64,000 bases of DNA from Hypanus sabinus (taxonomy: Eukaryota). Positions 63,567 to 64,000 of this stretch are shown here, piece by piece. The position numbers were made by a program, and so were the translations under genes. The notes under the pieces are model-generated. The model ran no database searches, was not told the DNA's origin, and saw nothing but the letters and a program-made list of their open reading frames with translations. The stretch covers positions 91,078,001 to 91,142,000 of the forward strand of contig NC_082715.1 in assembly GCF_030144855.1 (NCBI RefSeq), in the 5' to 3' direction. Within the stretch, counting starts at the first letter, position 1, and each line of letters starts with the position of its first letter.

Positions 63567-64000
63567 TAGTTGCAAGAAAAAGATTGTGAATTCTTTGCAG
63601 TTACCTGGTTTTCTGCATTAATTACTCCTTTGTGGTCTGATCTTCATCTAAGTCGCATTAATAGACAAACACAATCTGCCTAAACAATAAACAGTTGTAT
63701 TGTCATGTCTTTATTGAACACATTGTTTAATCATTTGCAGTCCAGGCTGGAAAAAGTATGTGAACACCTGTTTTTCATAATTGGTAGAACCTCCTTTAGC
63801 GGCAATACCCTCCACTAAACGTTTCTTGTAGCTGCTGATCAGACTTGCACAATGGCGAGGAGGAATTTTAGTACATTCCTCCACACAAAACTGTTTCAAT
63901 TCATCAATATTTCTGGGATACCTTGCCTGAACAGCCCTTTTCAGGTCACGCCACAGCATCTGGTCTGGATACTGATGCGGCCATTTCAAAACATAAATTT
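63567..64000 (-). mobile_element. Tc1-family transposon 3' end (continues past window)
   Basis: WPHQYPD..LWRDLKRAVQAR.P.NIDELKQFC.EE..KIP...C..LI.SY.KRL...IAAKGGSTNY; TIR TA|tagttgcaagaaaaagattgtgaa with inner repeat gaaaaagtatgtgaa at ~63750. Confidence 0.9.

Overview
Repeat-dense vertebrate genomic DNA. The repeat repertoire (CR1, Rex1/Babar, V-SINEs, Penelope-type ends) suggests a cartilaginous fish, probably a ray; this is an inference. The only firmly identifiable host gene is HACE1 (+ strand). Its CpG-island promoter lies at ~49.98-50.35 kb, and coding exons 1-5 (50231-60672) splice to 134 aa of the N-terminal/ankyrin region; the gene continues beyond the window. A second CpG island at ~24.1-24.8 kb carries E2F, CCAAT and CHR-like motifs and splice donors on both strands. 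Together with a well-formed minus-strand ATG exon at 16246-16312, it suggests a divergently transcribed gene, possibly distal 5' exons of LIN28B by vertebrate synteny (unproven). Most of the rest is decayed, often nested transposons: CR1, Rex1/Babar, RTE, a twin-primed inverted L1, two RLE-type retroelements (HERO-like and R4-like), two Tc1 remnants, a hAT MITE, a solo LTR and SINEs. The most notable non-obvious signal is a dispersed Penelope-like terminal repeat whose window-derived consensus is a minimal type I hammerhead ribozyme. It occurs as inverted pairs and as a 91-bp TSD-flanked mini-insertion. I found no prokaryote-type systems. TE boundaries are approximate (read by eye) unless TSDs/TIRs are quoted.
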